From Patescibacteria group bacterium (GTDB taxonomy: Bacteria > Patescibacteriota > Minisyncoccia > Phycocordibacterales > UBA2100), in NCBI GenBank assembly GCA_038057405.1, contig JBBUDH010000005.1, positions 1 to 53,046 on the forward strand: DNA of 53,046 nt, written 5' to 3'. The notes under the pieces were generated by a model that saw only the letters and a list, made by a program, of their open reading frames with translations, made no database searches and was not told where the DNA came from. This document shows positions 49,918-53,046 of the stretch, piece after piece. The position numbers and the translations under genes were made by a program. How positions within the stretch are numbered: position 1 is the stretch's first letter; every line of letters begins with the position of its first letter.

Positions 49918-51147
49918 TCAGCCGCGAGTTTTGAGCGCACCTTCAAGCCGTTCGAGTGCGAGCGCGAAAGCGGCGCGGCGGAGGTCCGTTTTCAGTTTCT
50001 TGCTGCGGCTGTAGACGTTCTTCGACTCGCGAGTAAGCAACATGCGGAGCTTCTTCAGCACTTCTTTCTCGCTCCAATGCTCTCCTTTCAGATTTTGTTC
50101 CCACTCGTAGGTCGAGACGACGACACCGCCCGAATTCGCAAGCACGTCAGGAATAACCGCGATTCCCTTCTTGAAGAGCACGTCGTCCGCTTCGGTCGAG
50201 GTCGGGCCGTTGGCGAGTTCGAGTATGACCTTCGCCTGTATGTTATTCGCATTCTTTTTTGTTATCTGATTTTCAAGCGCGGCGGGAATGAGCACGTCAC
50301 AGGGAAGCTCGAGGAGTTTCTCATTGGAAATTTGTTTTGTCCGTGGGAAGCCTTTGAGCCTTCCGTTCTCTTTTTTGTAGTTCTCCACCGCGTCCGGGTC
50401 GAGGCCGTCCGGAGAATAAATGCCGCCTTTTGAGTCTGACATCGCGAGGACTTTGTGTCCGAGCGCATGGAAAATCTTCGCGGCGTTGCCGCCCACGTTG
50501 CCCATGCCCTGTATGACCACGGAGACGGACTTCGGCAGTTTCAATTCTGCTTGAAGCGCTTTGAACACGTCGAAGCCGCCGGCGCCTGTCGCCGCACCAC
50601 GGCCTTCGGAGCCGCCGTAATCGAGGGGCTTTCCGGTAAACGTTCCGTTGCGTGAGTCGCCGGTGAGTTTCGCATATTCATCCGCCATCCACCGCATAAT
50701 TTCGGGCGTGGTGTTGACGTCCGGGGCGGGGACATCGCGTTCGGGACCAAGCACCGGGTAGAGCGCTTCCACCCATCCGCGGGAAAGCCGTTCGAGTTCG
50801 CCTCTGGAGAGCTCTTTCGGGTCGACTGTAATGCCGCCTTTGCCGCCACCCATAGGGATGCCGGCGACGGCAGTCTTGAACGTCATCCAAAATGCGAGTG
50901 CTCTCACTTCGTTGATATCGGCGTCGGGATGGTAGCGAATACCGCCCTTGTAGGGTCCGCGCAAGGAAGAATATTGTACACGGTAACCTTCGAATACTTT
51001 GACCGATCCATCATCCATTTTGACGGGAATGGAAACGGTCACTTCGCGTTCGGGATGCGCGAGGCGCGCGCGCAGGTCGTCCGAGACCGGATAGACCGCG
51101 AGGGCGCGGCGGAGCTGCTGCTGCGCCTCATCAAAAGCATTCGACAT
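49918..51147 (-). CDS. gdhA: NAD(P)-dependent glutamate dehydrogenase
   Basis: GPYKGGIRYHP, the catalytic GGGKGG motif and the Rossmann motif IQGMGNVG. The start is set at MSNAFDEAQ (ATG at 51147), not the 125-aa longer ORF. Confidence 0.93.
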   Translation of the reverse strand: MSNAFDEAQQQLRRALAVYPVSDDLRARLAHPEREVTVSIPVKMDDGSVKVFEGYRVQYSSLRGPYKGGIRYHPDADINEVRALAFWMTFKTAVAGIPMGGGKGGITVDPKELSRGELERLSRGWVEALYPVLGPERDVPAPDVNTTPEIMRWMADEYAKLTGDSRNGTFTGKPLDYGGSEGRGAATGAGGFDVFKALQAELKLPKSVSVVIQGMGNVGGNAAKIFHALGHKVLAMSDSKGGIYSPDGLDPDAVENYKKENGRLKGFPRTKQISNEKLLELPCDVLIPAALENQITKKNANNIQAKVILELANGPTSTEADDVLFKKGIAVIPDVLANSGGVVVSTYEWEQNLKGEHWSEKEVLKKLRMLLTRESKNVYSRSKKLKTDLRRAAFALALERLEGALKTRG

Positions 51148-52472
51148 TATATCTTCAGAGTTACGGTAACGGAGGCGGTCACTGGAGAGCCGTCGGGTGC
51201 GAGGCATGAGATGGAGAAGGTGGTCGCCGCCGTGAGGGCTTGCGTCGCCGCTCCGCCTGAGAGCGAATTCTGGTTGAAGCCGCCGTTCGGCGAGGTCTCG
51301 GTGCAGTTCGTCACTCCCTGCGTATTCCAGAAGATTGACGTGCGGCCTCCGAGCGGGACCGACGCGGGCACCGCCCAGATATCCACCTTGGGAGGCACGG
51401 TCGGAGCGGTACTCGTGGCCGCAGTCGTTGTGGCGGCCGTTGTTTTCGGTTTCTTCGTCTGCTCGAGCGTGACAGCGGGGGTAGCAGGCGGCATGCCTAC
51501 TTGGTAGCCGCGAGATTTGCAAATATTGTCGAAGAACGTCGGCGTGATTATTTTCGAAAGGAAATTAGTTGCCCACGGCCGCGATTTGCACCACGCGCCG
51601 ACGAGTCCTCCTCCTTGTCCGCTGAATGTTGACGCGCCGAAGAAACCGGCGACTTCGACATTGCCTTGCGTATCACGTGCTCCGGCGACGACGGTTGCAC
51701 CAATCGGCCGCGCATTGATGTCGCCGCGCAATCCTCCCGGCGGCACGACGAACGTGCCCGTGGTCGTCGAGAAAATGAGACGGGCTGCGGGTGTCGTGGC
51801 GGGAGGAGTGGAGGTCGTGCGCTGGTACGTATCCGCTTCGCAGGTATCGGGCCGCACACACCCGTTCTCGTCTGTGCCACCGGAGACGATATGTTTCCCT
51901 GTCGTACAAACTACGACAGGCACGTCGGGACAGTTATTTGGAGTGTCGGTGCAGAGTCCGAGCGCTTGGCTAAGCGGCGGGCATGCATTGGGGTCTGTGC
52001 TTGTAGGTGAAATGACGATAGGCTCGGGAGTGTAGTCCGCGCACGGATTTGAAATCTGCGTGATGTCGTGTGTCGGGAAACGCGTACCGGAACAGCCCTT
52101 GTTGTCCGTCGGCGGCGTAGGAGGCGGGCTCGATGGAGCAGACGGCTGCTGCATGAGCTTCCCGAAAAGGTCGCCGAGCGCTTTCATCACCTGGTCGAGA
52201 CCTACACTGCTAGATCCGCCAGTCGAAACTGCCTTACACTCGACAGGTGTCGCACAAAAACCGTTGGTTGGATATCCATTCGTTACGTCCATACACTGTA
52301 CTGTCTTACAGAGCGGCCGGCCTGGAGTCGGAGTCATAGTGCACCCGGAAGCGGAACAAATTATGTCCGCGGCCGTGCCGAGTGCATGCGCCGTACGAAC
52401 TTGAAACGTTAGGAGAGCGATAGTAAAAAACGCCACTGCGACAACGAGTCCGAGAGATAGAGTCTTTGACAT
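51147..52472 (-). CDS. secreted Cys-rich surface protein (441 aa), distant paralog 3 of the 634/867-aa proteins
   Basis: Signal peptide LGLVVAVAFFTIALLTFQVRTAHA, a Cys-rich N-terminal module, VMKALGDLFGKLMQQPSAPSSPPP, and a C-terminal beta-sandwich-like domain (TSIFWNTQGVTNC...TTFSISC). Confidence 0.7.
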   Translation of the reverse strand: MSKTLSLGLVVAVAFFTIALLTFQVRTAHALGTAADIICSASGCTMTPTPGRPLCKTVQCMDVTNGYPTNGFCATPVECKAVSTGGSSSVGLDQVMKALGDLFGKLMQQPSAPSSPPPTPPTDNKGCSGTRFPTHDITQISNPCADYTPEPIVISPTSTDPNACPPLSQALGLCTDTPNNCPDVPVVVCTTGKHIVSGGTDENGCVRPDTCEADTYQRTTSTPPATTPAARLIFSTTTGTFVVPPGGLRGDINARPIGATVVAGARDTQGNVEVAGFFGASTFSGQGGGLVGAWCKSRPWATNFLSKIITPTFFDNICKSRGYQVGMPPATPAVTLEQTKKPKTTAATTTAATSTAPTVPPKVDIWAVPASVPLGGRTSIFWNTQGVTNCTETSPNGGFNQNSLSGGAATQALTAATTFSISCLAPDGSPVTASVTVTLKI

Positions 52473-52487
52473 ATACCCAAAATAGTA

Positions 52488-53046
52488 TCACATTCCAGAC
52501 AACACAAACCGCTCAAGTGCATATTCCAGTTCCTCTCCTTGTCTGCGTGCTTCATGAGGTAGCTCCGCAAGCCTCGTAATAAGGTTCTTAGCCCGATTTT
52601 GCTGTTCCAGAGAACCTGATTTGAGAAACATATCTTTGGCCGCCCAAAATAAAACGCCGTGTATCGCCTCGGGTGCGGCGTTTTCCGCAAGCTGCCGTTG
52701 GTAATTTACCCACAGCGCTTTCTTGTCGGCGCGGCGCAATGCATTGGCTATTGCAAAGATATCCCCGCCTTTTTTCTCGCCCGCTTTGTCGTACCGCTCC
52801 GAGCCCTCGGCATACTTCTCTATCTGTTTGCGTGTCGCCGCATCGGGCTTCTCTTCGAGCACGAAAAATGTCTCCTCCGAATCGCGGATTTGCGCGAGAG
52901 AGTCGAACAGCATGGTACGCATTTCTTCATTGGCGAGAATGCCGTTCAGCACGACAACGCGCGACTCTTCAAACATGCCGCCGCCCCGAAGCGCCGCCGC
53001 AAGGTCGGCGGGTGCATTCGCGTCGGTGATGCGCACGACGTGTGTG
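52488..53046 (-). CDS. holA: DNA polymerase III delta subunit (HolA), C-terminal part; the gene runs off the window end
   Basis: GGGMFEESRVVVL...DIFAIANALRRADKKALWVNYQRQLAENAAPEAIHGVLFWAAKDMF resembles HolA domains II and III. The frame stays open to position 53046. Confidence 0.65.
   Translation of the reverse strand, partial: THVVRITDANAPADLAAALRGGGMFEESRVVVLNGILANEEMRTMLFDSLAQIRDSEETFFVLEEKPDAATRKQIEKYAEGSERYDKAGEKKGGDIFAIANALRRADKKALWVNYQRQLAENAAPEAIHGVLFWAAKDMFLKSGSLEQQNRAKNLITRLAELPHEARRQGEELEYALERFVLSGM

Noticed and set aside
51148-51522. 125-aa N-terminal extension of the gdh ORF (track ORF 49918-51522)
   Set aside because: The extension overlaps the 3' end of the upstream surface-protein gene in another frame and has no GDH similarity. 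The conserved GDH N-terminus begins at MSNAFDEAQ.

Overview
The window is gene-dense and mostly minus-strand. It looks like a reduced-genome bacterium of the Patescibacteria/CPR (Parcubacteria-like) type; that placement is an inference from gene content, not a computed result. The housekeeping backbone holds four aminoacyl-tRNA synthetases (metG, glyQS, ileS, argS), recO, secE-nusG-rplK, rplS, rpsT, ruvA, ruvX, a holA fragment, thrC, gdh, pilM plus PilN/PilO-like genes, and a PIF1/RecD-like helicase. It also holds glycosyltransferases, many membrane proteins and seven tRNA genes. TGA is used as a stop in conserved genes, so the genetic code is standard. No rRNA, CRISPR array, transposase or integrase is visible. 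Six things stand out. (1) Three paralogous TrmB-like regulator genes each sit divergently from unrelated orphan small or membrane-protein genes. Two of these cassettes lie in tandem where rplA would normally follow rplK, and they share near-consensus promoters, a conserved leader block and one terminator-hairpin family. (2) A structured element of about 85-95 nt is present twice (18938-19020 and 35601-35696) with compensatory base changes in three helices, which makes it a candidate new ncRNA or structured repeat. (3) A LAGLIDADG gene and an HNH gene each end 4-12 nt before the 5' end of a same-strand tRNA gene, in patches that look AT-richer by eye. (4) Two large Cys-rich, Q/Y-rich secreted-protein genes flank tRNA-Arg(GCG) and share a 473-bp block that is identical by eye; a third, more distant paralog lies at 51.1-52.5 kb. 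(5) A duplicated 3' half of tRNA-Val lies 136 bp after the intact gene. (6) A 30-bp inverted repeat brackets the trmH/spoU-like gene. All calls come from reading the sequence and the ORF translations; no database search was run.
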